Source: a virus
Lineage: Duplodnaviria; Caudoviricetes
Length of the DNA stretch: 64,000 nt
Strand: one strand, 5' to 3'
IMG/VR virus record: IMGVR_UViG_3300037067_019009
Location: 148,669-212,668 of that record
Both the position numbers and the translations under genes were made by a program. The notes beneath the pieces are model-generated. The model was not told where the DNA came from and ran no database searches. It worked only from the letters and a program-made list of their open reading frames with translations. Below are positions 47,101 through 56,398 of this stretch, one piece after another. How positions within the stretch are numbered: the first letter of the stretch is position 1; the number at the start of each line of letters is the position of its first letter.

Positions 47101-50100
47101 AGAGAAGCTGGGCTACCTGTTGGAGTTGTGTGCAGATGGTTTCTACAGGAGGGGGGCATATCACAAAGAACACAGCCAGCGAACAATAGCCACGCGGGTA
47201 TGGGCCAACTTGGGTCTTCAGCTATAACTGACATTAACCGTAAACTGGCGGGCAAAAGAACACCATGGGGAGCTAGCTCGGTTGGGCTGGATGATCGTTT
47301 CCCCCGCTCGGATACTGGCAGGCAGCGAGCTATATGGGCCAGTATTCAGTACATGAAGATGTGTTATGATGGGGTATCTTCCCTTACTAAAGGGTACACG
47401 CTAAGAGCTGAAGAGCGATTAGGGTTGGGGGTACTGAGTTATACCAGCGGGGCTGGGAGCGTCCAGACTGCTCTTAAGACTTGTCCTCCATCCATGATTG
47501 TAGCGATGCCCGAGGCAGTGGTTAAATATGCTAAAGGTAATAAGATGTCCCGATATTTACCTAATACTATACGTGGGTTTATGGAGTCGGACCGAGCTTA
47601 TACACAAGCATTTAACGCACTTACCAGTGGCCAGTCCATAGAAGATTGGCTTTCCAGCACACCATCCTATAAAGTGCCAAGCAATCTTACACTAGAGGGT
47701 GTGATGGCTAGTAATCGCAGACAAAGCGTTCCGTCAAGTAGTATTCCATCATCTCTTATAGCCGGAGGAACTCCTCCTGTACTTTCAAATACCGGTCAGC
47801 TGAGTTATGTTTCCGCTGACGCCACTAGCGCATTTATCGCAAGTGATGACGAGGGGCCCAGTTACTGTACTGTAGATCAAGCATTCTACGATAAGTCGGG
47901 GGCGGGCAGGGATATGTTTCATGACATGCGTAAGTACTCTAAAGCAGGACGGCTACTTCAGGCATTCCCTACCTACTGCTTGTTGCTGGTAGATGGTGGA
48001 AGATGGCTCCGGTTTTGGAGGCTCTACGATAAGTGGTATGGAATGGCGGCTATTAACTCCATAGAGATTGCCAAGTCCAGGAAGAGCCCGGTAGACGTGG
48101 CTGTAGTGAAGATAGCGAACATGTACGGCCACCTCACCACCAGGCCCGCGGAACAAGAAATGGATGACTACATGGCCGATAAGATAGGGGATAGTCATAG
48201 ATGGGGTAGCGAGTTTGTGTGGAATTCCTTCAAGGAATCGTTTGTAGGTCCCCCATCTAAAGATACTACAGAAATATGGGCCAGGTACGCCAATTCTCTG
48301 ATGCTGAGACCTGGAGCTAGAATGCATATACGCATGGGATATGGAAGTAACGCTAGTCATTTACCGGTGGTGTTCAACGGCGTAATTTCCGAGGTCCCTC
48401 CCGGAGATGATCTCCTCGAAGTGACTGCGCTAGGAGATGGCGTGGAGCTTACTCATAAGCTCAAACCTACTGGGAGTACTGACAAGGAAGTATATAAGAG
48501 TACTTCATGGTTTGGGGGAGGCACCAACCCAAAAGAAATAATAACTCGGCTGTTCGCCCCAAGTTTCGTAGCCACAGTCACGCACGGTGGCTACGCGCAC
48601 GATAACCCGCACGGAATAGAGCACTTTGGAGCCCGCGAATACGACAAGGCAGTAAGCCGAAATGGTGAGTGCGGCATGAATATCTACGCTGTCACTAATG
48701 GGGCTATATTATCTGATGATATTAGTAATGGGCAGAAAACTGGTCCCGTGAAGGGGGTTATCAACGCGCTCAACTTAATTCCTGGGTGGGGTGCCGTCGA
48801 TGCTGGCGCTTCAAACCTCCTTATAGGGGTGGCCATGGAGGACGCCACTGCTTGGGACGTGTGTACCACGGCGCAGAGGGTGGCTCCGGAATATATTCTT
48901 GCGGTTTATCCGTTCGAGCTTAGGAGCACTCTATTTTATGGGAAGCCTCACTGGCCGCTGAGATACGAATACACATCCGACTACTTGTTCAACGCTGTAG
49001 ATGGATCAGCCACTAACCCTTATACCAGTTCGGATGATCTTGATTCTATCGTAGAGTGGAAGCCATTTAGTCAAATACATATTACCAGTTCCACTACGAA
49101 TCTGATCAGCAATGGAATACGGGCGTCGAGCGAAGATATGTACACGCAATGTCAGGCAATAGGTACGCATAATGGCTTCTTCAATTTGGATAAACAGGAT
49201 AACGACCGCTCATTGATAATGAACCTGGATACAGATATATACCAAGAGAACCAGAAGCTTCTTTATACCACCAGTGGACTTTATTCTACTGGAAGTCAGA
49301 AACTGAAGGATCTATTAAATAATTTGGATTTAATGTCTCCCTTTGAGTGCAGAAAAGCGTTGAATACTTATGCTGCTCAAACGTTGAAAGAATCAGTTAA
49401 GGATATGTATGGAGGGGATTGCCTGGAGTTGGGCTCGCCTTCAATGAAGCCGCATGATCGTGTATTTCTTTATGATGTAAGAACACAGATGGATGGGGTA
49501 GTGGAGGTTAAGGAAGTAATTCATTCCTTGTCCTTCGACACTGGAATGACCACCAGCTGGCAGCCGGATCTGTTGGCATCTCTGATAGAAACCGCCGACC
49601 AAATGCAGTGGAATTGGATATCCTTATTTGGCTCTAGATTGGCATCCAGTTTTGGGTTACGTATGATAATAGGAGCTCTGATATCGAGGGCGTCTGTAAA
49701 CAATGGCCTCAGGGCGTTGCTTTCGTTCAGAGAGTACGTAAAAGCCTATGCGTCCGGGGACGTGGTTTGGGCACAACGTATACTAAATGGCTCTCCTGAT
49801 GAGGGTCTTTCGGGAATAGATGATATTCTAGGGAGATATATAAGATCCGATGGGCAGGCGCTTTCTAATCGGATAGACACCGCTATATCTTCGGCATCCG
49901 GGCTTAGCAGACTTACAGAGGAGATCGCCCCCACATTTTCTCAAGTCTCGAAAGATGTAGTCGACTTGGCTAACCAGGCCGGAGCAGATGCTAAATATAT
50001 AGAATCCGTAGTTCATCCTTTAGTGTCATGGCAAGAGGCATATAATGCGTTAAGCCTGACTAAAAAGATTGGTGATGCTATAGGAGATAAACTTACCGCT

Positions 50101-51054
50101 GCTGCGGTAGGCGCCGCTATTTCTACTTTTAAGGACACTATTAGCTGTACGAATATCCAACACGCGTTCGGAGGCAGGATTCCCGCCCTAGGACTGCTAT
50201 CCGCTCCAATAAGAGGAACGGCTTTGATACTTTCCGGCTCCGGCGGGCTGAGTGAGTGGATGGAGCGTAAGTTGGTTGCCAGACAGTGTCTGGTGCTACG
50301 ACCATTAACGATAGCTGGTCGAGAGTTCAGTGCTGGTATAGAGGGGCATGCCGGATGTATAGTAGGAGATCAGCCTGGGTTCTGGGATGGAGTTATCCAA
50401 GCAACGGTACCGACTGTGAGGTACTCTGTTTCACAGTACGGCACAACGGGAGTGACGTATAGCACAGGTGGAGGGTTTCCTTCAGCGATGCGAGGCATCG
50501 TGGCCCTTGGTAGTGTATTTTTTGGAGGAATGGGCGTAGACGTATTCGATGATGATGCGAGACAAAAATCCTTATTCAGAGATGGCCAGATACGAGATCT
50601 TAGTGGAGAACTTTCTAGAGCTAAGGCCGAGCAGTCTGCTGCTGTGGCTTCAGATGGGGGCACGAACTATGATGCTACTGGCGCAAATTGGGCCAAGGCA
50701 TTGCATGGCAGGATAACAAGCCCATTTGGTATGCGAAAGCATCCGATAACTGGCATGTATAAGATGCATACTGGTGTAGATATAGCTGCCGCTAAAGGGA
50801 CTCCGATAAAAGCCGCCGCTTCCGGTGTGGTAGAAAAAGCTAGCTGGAATAGCGTTTACGGTAATCAGGTAATCATAAACCACGGAGGCGGAGTAACTAC
50901 TATGTATGGCCATTGTGAAAGGCTTTTAGTGCAGGTGGGACAAGTAGTCAAAGAAGGAGATCAAATAGCTACTGTCGGAAGTACTGGGAATAGCACGGGA
51001 CCACACCTTCATTTTGAGAAGAGGGTTAATGGAGACGCGGTCAGTCCGATGTAA
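44134..51054 (+). CDS. Baseplate hub / tail-associated lysin with lytic transglycosylase-like and peptidase M23 domains
   Basis: LQEGG...AGMGQL...IQYMK...SYTSGAGSV (SLT-like); RMHIRMGYGSN...VFNGVISEV and GSPSMKPHDRV...VKEVIHSLSFDTG (hub); HTGVDIAA...YGHC...GPHLHFE (M23). Confidence 0.85.
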   Translation: MNSVPDNWTLQQKNKLYDPTDEELRNGVYSYMGIVLPTSDPRYMNIVRPQDITRQSDGTIVVPYTKYRVSSTSQTSEDWVRVISNKKAKTSSDGAIVAGGNANSVSIRALSNMDKDVMHYAWNSMPESAKADTKNPVYRYDQTFHNLIDEVSGRATNTMEEAKAWRVGKAVNRIKKPEVDVWFPTPIPYVPSREELKSMLKPGYMRIGYAGFLMPPTDITYMRKYPVDIKPLMRASSSLKRGFGHSSREFQLNFQFDSPMQVNQVLLPLIRQFQRTPFLPIVNSYFNDTLDIDAVALQAIQYSTIPGFPGRIDATIQMAEFNWTAYMPGEANFDTTICYPLLKIWCEANTHTQKIRGVPLANSDDIGFDGVLKWYLPTEEYLAATEEKATKPYSDLSAIEKESVDIENVMLGVSYLSGNAIQELEDNYGLKSVVATENLKNLHGRNYAVNRPFFVGNVDIIPPDVDVPGFPTKAVVIKLSDPRFIVEMLKRLADAGTSEDGGDFTNGAVVYGNVELVPSRSIGGAATIRGSVMIPYDMKDIVASMESVISTSSDSSVSRKYLEALDMMRGAYFVIPKQSIGMLNDLVTLYEGGAQAAIKAGPSAAQGRLILEKMWKEYIFPSAVITRVTATTENLLTSVQPQMTSSPLHQYMGRADSYFTVEMAVNQEIDVRAIKQMLEDVDYLVRRYGGISFYEGYMKVDNELFSLLGADRVIPVSCQITTVEDYPGTYNVVLQLAHFDPEQESREKLKAGKMSDFYNPSGQVGAPYDIVERTTDGFKQHMVRAEAFNDKLSTLELYPDLALPTYDQMRTWIRYAKQGGVGVAKILTDSVVSDAHGSPVGVEGWNWTAGDCANLECPSSDAYVDPDFYCAPSYQVGAEIVDTTIKAMLSGQAKYTMIAESGGGKADLAFMGYLGGLDTTAQAGADLYNSMSFLGAEDMQASGLQSLTSGEYFSGAADSKNPGTPQDVIIQLRKSGCTLGDIQYILDYSREAGLPVGVVCRWFLQEGGISQRTQPANNSHAGMGQLGSSAITDINRKLAGKRTPWGASSVGLDDRFPRSDTGRQRAIWASIQYMKMCYDGVSSLTKGYTLRAEERLGLGVLSYTSGAGSVQTALKTCPPSMIVAMPEAVVKYAKGNKMSRYLPNTIRGFMESDRAYTQAFNALTSGQSIEDWLSSTPSYKVPSNLTLEGVMASNRRQSVPSSSIPSSLIAGGTPPVLSNTGQLSYVSADATSAFIASDDEGPSYCTVDQAFYDKSGAGRDMFHDMRKYSKAGRLLQAFPTYCLLLVDGGRWLRFWRLYDKWYGMAAINSIEIAKSRKSPVDVAVVKIANMYGHLTTRPAEQEMDDYMADKIGDSHRWGSEFVWNSFKESFVGPPSKDTTEIWARYANSLMLRPGARMHIRMGYGSNASHLPVVFNGVISEVPPGDDLLEVTALGDGVELTHKLKPTGSTDKEVYKSTSWFGGGTNPKEIITRLFAPSFVATVTHGGYAHDNPHGIEHFGAREYDKAVSRNGECGMNIYAVTNGAILSDDISNGQKTGPVKGVINALNLIPGWGAVDAGASNLLIGVAMEDATAWDVCTTAQRVAPEYILAVYPFELRSTLFYGKPHWPLRYEYTSDYLFNAVDGSATNPYTSSDDLDSIVEWKPFSQIHITSSTTNLISNGIRASSEDMYTQCQAIGTHNGFFNLDKQDNDRSLIMNLDTDIYQENQKLLYTTSGLYSTGSQKLKDLLNNLDLMSPFECRKALNTYAAQTLKESVKDMYGGDCLELGSPSMKPHDRVFLYDVRTQMDGVVEVKEVIHSLSFDTGMTTSWQPDLLASLIETADQMQWNWISLFGSRLASSFGLRMIIGALISRASVNNGLRALLSFREYVKAYASGDVVWAQRILNGSPDEGLSGIDDILGRYIRSDGQALSNRIDTAISSASGLSRLTEEIAPTFSQVSKDVVDLANQAGADAKYIESVVHPLVSWQEAYNALSLTKKIGDAIGDKLTAAAVGAAISTFKDTISCTNIQHAFGGRIPALGLLSAPIRGTALILSGSGGLSEWMERKLVARQCLVLRPLTIAGREFSAGIEGHAGCIVGDQPGFWDGVIQATVPTVRYSVSQYGTTGVTYSTGGGFPSAMRGIVALGSVFFGGMGVDVFDDDARQKSLFRDGQIRDLSGELSRAKAEQSAAVASDGGTNYDATGANWAKALHGRITSPFGMRKHPITGMYKMHTGVDIAAAKGTPIKAAASGVVEKASWNSVYGNQVIINHGGGVTTMYGHCERLLVQVGQVVKEGDQIATVGSTGNSTGPHLHFEKRVNGDAVSPM

Positions 51055-51081
51055 ATAAATATTACTCTTAATATTATACGC

Positions 51082-51097
51082 CTACTTGCCTATAATA
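51082..51097 (+). promoter_or_regulatory. Putative phage promoter CTACTTGCCTATAATA
   Basis: 16/16 identical to 33498..33513; intergenic, AT-rich context. Confidence 0.7.
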
Positions 51098-51101
51098 TAA
51101 G

Positions 51102-51470
51102 GTGAGCCTAATGGATTACACAGAACATTTTAAAGCTATTCTAGATTCGAGGTTGGGGCAAATAGCCCTGCCCCGTCCTGGAGTGGTTACACAATTCGAC
51201 TCCACCTACTATACAGCGGTAATTGAGGTATCTACGGGCAGAGGAAAGGAGTTCGCGCTACACGAGTTGCCTTGGCCCATACAGATGTATGGCGCATATA
51301 TACCGGCCCCGTCTATTGGAACTCAAGTTATCGTAGGTTACCTTGGAGGTAATCCTGACAGGCCCTACGTCGCTTGTATTTACGATGCCTTCTGGAAAGA
51401 TAGCTACAAACAAACGCTGACGCGAAATAAGAACACCTACTCCACTAGAATAGACAAGTCCCTTCTTTAA
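51102..51470 (+). CDS. Baseplate spike OB-fold (gpV/gp5 N-terminal-like)
   Basis: GVVTQFD...PAPSIGTQVIVGYLGGNPDRPYV. Confidence 0.8.
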   Translation: MSLMDYTEHFKAILDSRLGQIALPRPGVVTQFDSTYYTAVIEVSTGRGKEFALHELPWPIQMYGAYIPAPSIGTQVIVGYLGGNPDRPYVACIYDAFWKDSYKQTLTRNKNTYSTRIDKSLL

Positions 51471-51475
51471 CCACT

Positions 51476-52012
51476 ATGGATTCTCGAAACTATAAATCGA
51501 TAAATGAGTATTTGAACGCCGCTAAATCCGTTGATGACGAAGTGGAGTCCCGACTGTACCCTACCGGTAGTAGCGTAGGGCTTAAACACAAGGAGCTGGA
51601 TTCTGGCATTTATATCAGGGATGATGGGTCCATAGAGATAAACGCCGCCGGCACCAGTATTTTAGTGGACGGTAAGAGTGGCTCTATTTATATCGGAGCT
51701 AAGAAAGTGGCAACTGTCTCTAACGAGGAAGTGCATTTATCTTCACCAAAAGGCTATGTGTTCGGGGCCGGATACCTAAATCCAGCTTGGCTGATATCAG
51801 AAACTAGCGAGCAATCCGCATGTAGCTTAGGCCCATTGGTGGCCCGTTCCGCTGGCGCGTTGAATACCAAGATAATGGTGGAGGTAGCGGGCAGTCCCAC
51901 TTCCGTGCCTACGCCACTTAGCAGTTTGGTGGATGTGGTGCCTTTGTTTAGTCGTCGCCCCGTGGCCTCCAGGATATCTTCTTATATAAAAACCATAATT
52001 GCTGAGGGATAA
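51476..52012 (+). CDS. Spike-associated beta-strand-rich protein
   Basis: SGIYIRDDGSIEINAAGTSILVDGKSGSIYI beta-helix-like repeats. Confidence 0.55.
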   Translation: MDSRNYKSINEYLNAAKSVDDEVESRLYPTGSSVGLKHKELDSGIYIRDDGSIEINAAGTSILVDGKSGSIYIGAKKVATVSNEEVHLSSPKGYVFGAGYLNPAWLISETSEQSACSLGPLVARSAGALNTKIMVEVAGSPTSVPTPLSSLVDVVPLFSRRPVASRISSYIKTIIAEG

Positions 52013-52410
52013 TGCAGTATAAAGATCTGTATCTAAACGAAGACGGGGACTTGGAAGTCGGATTTAATGGAGATCTCAAAGTCGTCTATGACGACGATGT
52101 CATGGTTGAGTCTATAATATTTCGGCTAAAGACTTTTGCTGGGGACTATGAACTGGCGCCCCAGTGCGGGGCATCACTCGAAGACTTTATAGGTGCCCCG
52201 AATACCAAGGAATTAGGCAAACAGATTGAATCTCGAGTGATGAGCGCTCTTACCCACGATGGGTTCCTATCACTCGACCAGTTCACCGTGCGCGTGTCTC
52301 CGCTAACACCTACCAGTTTACTGATACTAGTGACCGTGGACGGATTACGTGGGAATTTTAGTGTTCTCAGCTCTTTGGATCTTTTGACCGGAGAGCTTAC
52401 AATTCAGTAA
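52012..52410 (+). CDS. gp25/gpW-like baseplate wedge (sheath initiator)
   Basis: DLYLNEDGDL...IIFRLKT...GDY...GASLEDFIGAPN. Confidence 0.8.
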   Translation: MQYKDLYLNEDGDLEVGFNGDLKVVYDDDVMVESIIFRLKTFAGDYELAPQCGASLEDFIGAPNTKELGKQIESRVMSALTHDGFLSLDQFTVRVSPLTPTSLLILVTVDGLRGNFSVLSSLDLLTGELTIQ

Positions 52411-52424
52411 TTGGGGAGGATCAT

Positions 52425-53585
52425 TTGACAACTTCATATTCGTTTTTCAAGGTGGCCGGATTATGCGCCGATGAAAGTGCATGTGGTTACTATAGGGTGA
52501 TAAACCCACTTAACACACTTAAGAAGCTTGGGGCAAAAACAACAACCTTTGTAGTAGTATCTCCTGGGGACTTGAGAGACTACGATATCATAATCGCTCA
52601 GCGTCAGGTAAGTCCCACCATATATCGTATGCTCGGTGGTATGATAGAAGCTGGTAAAACGGTAATTTTTGAAAGTGATGACTTGATGGATAAAATAGAT
52701 CCAGCTTCTCCGGCCTTCAGGTACTACCACACAGGATCAGCTGACCTTAATGTGATGAAGAATATAATGTCTAGGTCTCATGGCATTACGGTAACCACCC
52801 CGGAGCTGGCTGCTGATGCTTTACAGTATTCTAAGAACGTAAGAGTGATCCCGAATTACATAGATTTTTCTGAGCGAGACTGGAAAGTAAAGAAGCACAC
52901 TAAAAATAAAGACGCCATAACTCTCATATGGTCAGGCTCGAAGTCACACTTACCGGATATGCCCATCTTGGGAGCAGCCCTTGAACGTATAATGCGTAAA
53001 TATCCCAAGGTTCGCTACGCGCACTATGCGTCGGAGGATCTACTCAAGTATTTGGTAAACACTTGGGATATCCCACAGGACAGGGTAGAGGTGGTACCCA
53101 TGCGTTCTTTCGCAGACTATCCGTCTGGGCTTCTGTCAGGAGACATAGGCTTGGCACCAATAAAAAATATAGCGTTTAACCGCGCAAAAAGTCCGCTTAA
53201 AGTGCTTGAATTTTCTAGCTGTGGGATTCCCTATGTCGCCAGCAGAGTTGCTCCTTACCAAAGGTTTAACCAGACCAGTCCCGGCGGCCGTACCTCGGAT
53301 ACCACATCTGAGTGGGTAGATCGTTTGTCGGAGTATATCGATGACCCAAAAAGGATTCGTGAGGAAGGACAAGCATTAGCCGACTATGCACGCGAGGAAT
53401 GGGATATAGAGAAGCATATAGACGAGTATATTTCTGCGTGGACTGATATCGGTTTTGCGGCAAAGATGGGGGACGTCGGAGCGGCTCTTGCTGTCAACTT
53501 GGAACCTAAACGCAACGATAAATGCCCGTGTGGCAGTGGTAAGAAGTATAAGAAGTGCTGCATTCCAAGCTATGGAGGAGGATAA
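52425..53585 (+). CDS. GT4 (GT-B) glycosyltransferase with C-terminal SEC-C motif
   Basis: VIFESDD, VTTPELA, VIPN, DIGLAP...FNRAKSPLKVLEFSSCGIPYVAS; RNDKCPCGSGKKYKKCC. Confidence 0.88.
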   Translation: MTTSYSFFKVAGLCADESACGYYRVINPLNTLKKLGAKTTTFVVVSPGDLRDYDIIIAQRQVSPTIYRMLGGMIEAGKTVIFESDDLMDKIDPASPAFRYYHTGSADLNVMKNIMSRSHGITVTTPELAADALQYSKNVRVIPNYIDFSERDWKVKKHTKNKDAITLIWSGSKSHLPDMPILGAALERIMRKYPKVRYAHYASEDLLKYLVNTWDIPQDRVEVVPMRSFADYPSGLLSGDIGLAPIKNIAFNRAKSPLKVLEFSSCGIPYVASRVAPYQRFNQTSPGGRTSDTTSEWVDRLSEYIDDPKRIREEGQALADYAREEWDIEKHIDEYISAWTDIGFAAKMGDVGAALAVNLEPKRNDKCPCGSGKKYKKCCIPSYGGG

Positions 53586-53589
53586 AGCG

Positions 53590-53742
53590 ATGTGGAAAAA
53601 TAAACAACGGCGGGGCTACAACCCACCACCAGATAAGCCAGCGCCCCCTCCACCACCCCCGCCTCCTCCAGCTCCAGTTCCTATAAGCGGGCCTAAAGAG
53701 CGTGTAATTGTGGTTGTAGCGTTAGCTGAGTTGCATAAATAA
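53590..53742 (+). CDS. 50-aa polyproline microprotein
   Basis: RBS GGAGGAGG then ATG 53590; PPPDKPAPPPPPPPPPAPVP. Confidence 0.5.
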   Translation: MWKNKQRRGYNPPPDKPAPPPPPPPPPAPVPISGPKERVIVVVALAELHK

Positions 53743-53783
53743 GACACATAGGACGTTGTCCACCCCCAAAAGGACGTAATTAA

Positions 53784-54893
53784 ATGGCAGTAGTCACCCC
53801 AACTTACGATGAACTAGTTAAAATAGCACAAGATGCATTGAAAGAGCGGGCTGGGATCACTAACTTTTCTGAATCAAGCGTGATCGGCACGCTTGTCAAC
53901 GTGATGGCCGCCTATACGCTGGATATGTACAGTGTAGTAAAACTGCTTGAGACTCAGTCCAGCTTATCTACTGCAACGGGGGCGAATCTGGATAAGATAG
54001 GAGAGCTCTTTGGCGTAACCCGCCTGAGTTCCAAAGAGGCGACCACTATAGGTGGGGGCACCTCGGTAATGTTTACTAACTCATCAGCCGTGCAAGATAT
54101 AACAGTACCGGAACGCACCCGCATTTGGAGCCCGCGCGATTATAACGTGGCTTTCTACACGACTTCTACAATCGTAGTGCCTCATGGCAGTCGTGCTTAC
54201 ACTGATGTGGTTGCAGCCGGCGTGGGTGAGTCGTTTAATGTAGGACCGGAGACTCTGACACAGCATAACCTTTCGTATTCGGAACTCGCGGTAACTAACA
54301 TACTACCCATAGCCAACGGGATCTCCACCGAGACTGATGAAAACTACAGGTACCGGATATCGCAGGCCCTACTTGCCAAGGGTGGGTCTAATGAAGCTGC
54401 TATTCGTATGCGACTTTTAGAGGTACCTGGAGTAAAAGATGCTGTAGTGCAGTCTCTGGTGAGAGGAACAGGCACAGTCGATATAGTTATAATTCCGGTG
54501 GCTAGGAGAGTATCTCAAGAGCTTCTCGATTTGTGTCAGTCCGCGGTTGGTGAGGTAGTGGCCTTTGGTATTTCTGCCGTCGTTAAGGCTCCGGCCGAGA
54601 GGTCAGTCGATCTTACTATAAGCGTGAGGGTATCAGCGACTGGAGATGCCTCGTTGGTTAGAAGCATGGTGTCCGCGGCTGCGAGGGGATATATAGACAA
54701 TTTACCAATAGGGGATAGCGCGGGCGGAGGAGATCTTATCTATAATGAACTGACTTCCAGGGTAATGGGCGCCTCGGTTGATGTAGTCGACGCAATAATA
54801 GAGCTGAAGGTAGACGGAAAGTTAGCTCTCAACATCAACCAAAAAGCAAAACCTGGTGAGCGGTTCTATTTACAGTCCATAAGAGTTGTATAA
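53784..54893 (+). CDS. Baseplate J / gp47-like wedge protein
   Basis: TATGANLDKIGELFGVTR, GESFNVGPETLT, ETDENYRYRI, VPGVKDA...GTGTVDIVI. Confidence 0.92.
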   Translation: MAVVTPTYDELVKIAQDALKERAGITNFSESSVIGTLVNVMAAYTLDMYSVVKLLETQSSLSTATGANLDKIGELFGVTRLSSKEATTIGGGTSVMFTNSSAVQDITVPERTRIWSPRDYNVAFYTTSTIVVPHGSRAYTDVVAAGVGESFNVGPETLTQHNLSYSELAVTNILPIANGISTETDENYRYRISQALLAKGGSNEAAIRMRLLEVPGVKDAVVQSLVRGTGTVDIVIIPVARRVSQELLDLCQSAVGEVVAFGISAVVKAPAERSVDLTISVRVSATGDASLVRSMVSAAARGYIDNLPIGDSAGGGDLIYNELTSRVMGASVDVVDAIIELKVDGKLALNINQKAKPGERFYLQSIRVV

Positions 54894-54896
54894 ATC

Positions 54897-56396
54897 GTGG
54901 CTAAGTATGGAACCGCTGTTTATGGTATTGCTTATTATGGGGAACAGGTCGCTCTTTATCCCCTGGAGGTTGATCCAGACGATGCTGAGCGCTTGTTGCC
55001 TGCATGGATGTTAGTGTCTAGCTATGATGATTCAATCCGCACATCCAGCCTGCACTGGAATACTGTGTCCGGGCTGCTGGCTCCAGTAGTTTGTTTACAC
55101 TCTGATCTAAAAATACTCGCCGCTAATTGCTGGCTACCCGACAACTCCCTTCCGATACAAAGTTACATATGGGGCTGCTCTATTGGCGAGCTGGTTGACA
55201 TATCCACTGTAACTGTCATGGTAAGTTCCGACACAGAGGCAACTGTTCTGCGTAGAGCTACCAGTGAGTTCGATTTTTTCTCCTCGCGTGATGCGGTGTT
55301 CGTGGTGTCGCCAGACCACATGGTTTACATGCGTAACATCGATACAACAGTCGATGCAGTAGCTACCAATAGTGATGGTGTGGCGGCTTTACCTAGTAAT
55401 ATGAGTCATGATTCGCGCATATTAGTAGCTTCTTCGGAGGATTATTCTTCGTGGACGCTACTAGCGGAAGTTTATATAAACCGTGACTCATACACAGCAG
55501 TAATGCCCACTACAGGTGAGTATTTAATAGACTACGTATCTGACACGCGAGTAGATGAACTATCGGCTCCCTCTATTTACATAGACACTCTCCCTCCAAA
55601 GCCCGCTACTAAGTATTTTACATGGAACAGATTTGACGAGGAGGCCTTGTCGGTAGGTGAACACAGACTAACTGATGAGACTAACTTCGATCTAAGAGAT
55701 CGTATTAGGGCGGCCTATTGTCTAGTAGACACTATCGGAAAAGACTCGGTCACAGCCAAAGTGGGGCAGGGAGTCGGGCTAGTTGGAATAATGGAGTGGG
55801 ATGGGATATCTACTGTAGATTTTGCGGCTTCCGGCTTGACTGAAATTACATCCGTTGTAGTTAGGGGAATACCCAGACAGGAACTAGTATCTGGCGATGA
55901 ACTATATCATGACTCGACTAATGAAGTATTTATTTCCAGTAAAGCACAATGGGATTCTGGGTACCTAATCTACATAGACGGTATGCAAGTTTCTCCTACT
56001 AGTGTCAGCGCCACCGTAGCGAGTGGGAGAGTTGAGTTCGATGACGCTCAGTCTGGGAGGGTAGTCGCTACTTATGGTGTAACCAACTATGAGATTACAA
56101 TTACTGGCGGATACGTGACTAGTATAGCTCCTACCAACAACATGGTGCCGGGAAACTACAGGCTGCTTTATGTTTATAAGCTACAATCTTATCCAGTCAG
56201 CGATGTTGATTACCAAGAGTCTCAGCTCCTGACCTCATCTGGCGAAGCCAATGAAAAACTTCAACAGTTGAAACGAGTCATACAGTCCCATATCCCTATA
56301 ACACTTGGCACTGTCGAGTGGAGTGAGCATGACTACTGGTTCGATGGTAACGAGCCCGTTCCCACACTCTCAAGCCTTCCTCTCATTTTGAATTAA
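54897..56396 (+). CDS. Baseplate wedge protein (gpI/gp7-like), acidic
   Basis: LLPAW near the N-terminus; FDEEALSVGEHRLTDETNFDLRDRI motif; follows baseplate J. Confidence 0.65.
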   Translation: MAKYGTAVYGIAYYGEQVALYPLEVDPDDAERLLPAWMLVSSYDDSIRTSSLHWNTVSGLLAPVVCLHSDLKILAANCWLPDNSLPIQSYIWGCSIGELVDISTVTVMVSSDTEATVLRRATSEFDFFSSRDAVFVVSPDHMVYMRNIDTTVDAVATNSDGVAALPSNMSHDSRILVASSEDYSSWTLLAEVYINRDSYTAVMPTTGEYLIDYVSDTRVDELSAPSIYIDTLPPKPATKYFTWNRFDEEALSVGEHRLTDETNFDLRDRIRAAYCLVDTIGKDSVTAKVGQGVGLVGIMEWDGISTVDFAASGLTEITSVVVRGIPRQELVSGDELYHDSTNEVFISSKAQWDSGYLIYIDGMQVSPTSVSATVASGRVEFDDAQSGRVVATYGVTNYEITITGGYVTSIAPTNNMVPGNYRLLYVYKLQSYPVSDVDYQESQLLTSSGEANEKLQQLKRVIQSHIPITLGTVEWSEHDYWFDGNEPVPTLSSLPLILN

Positions 56397-56398
56397 AC

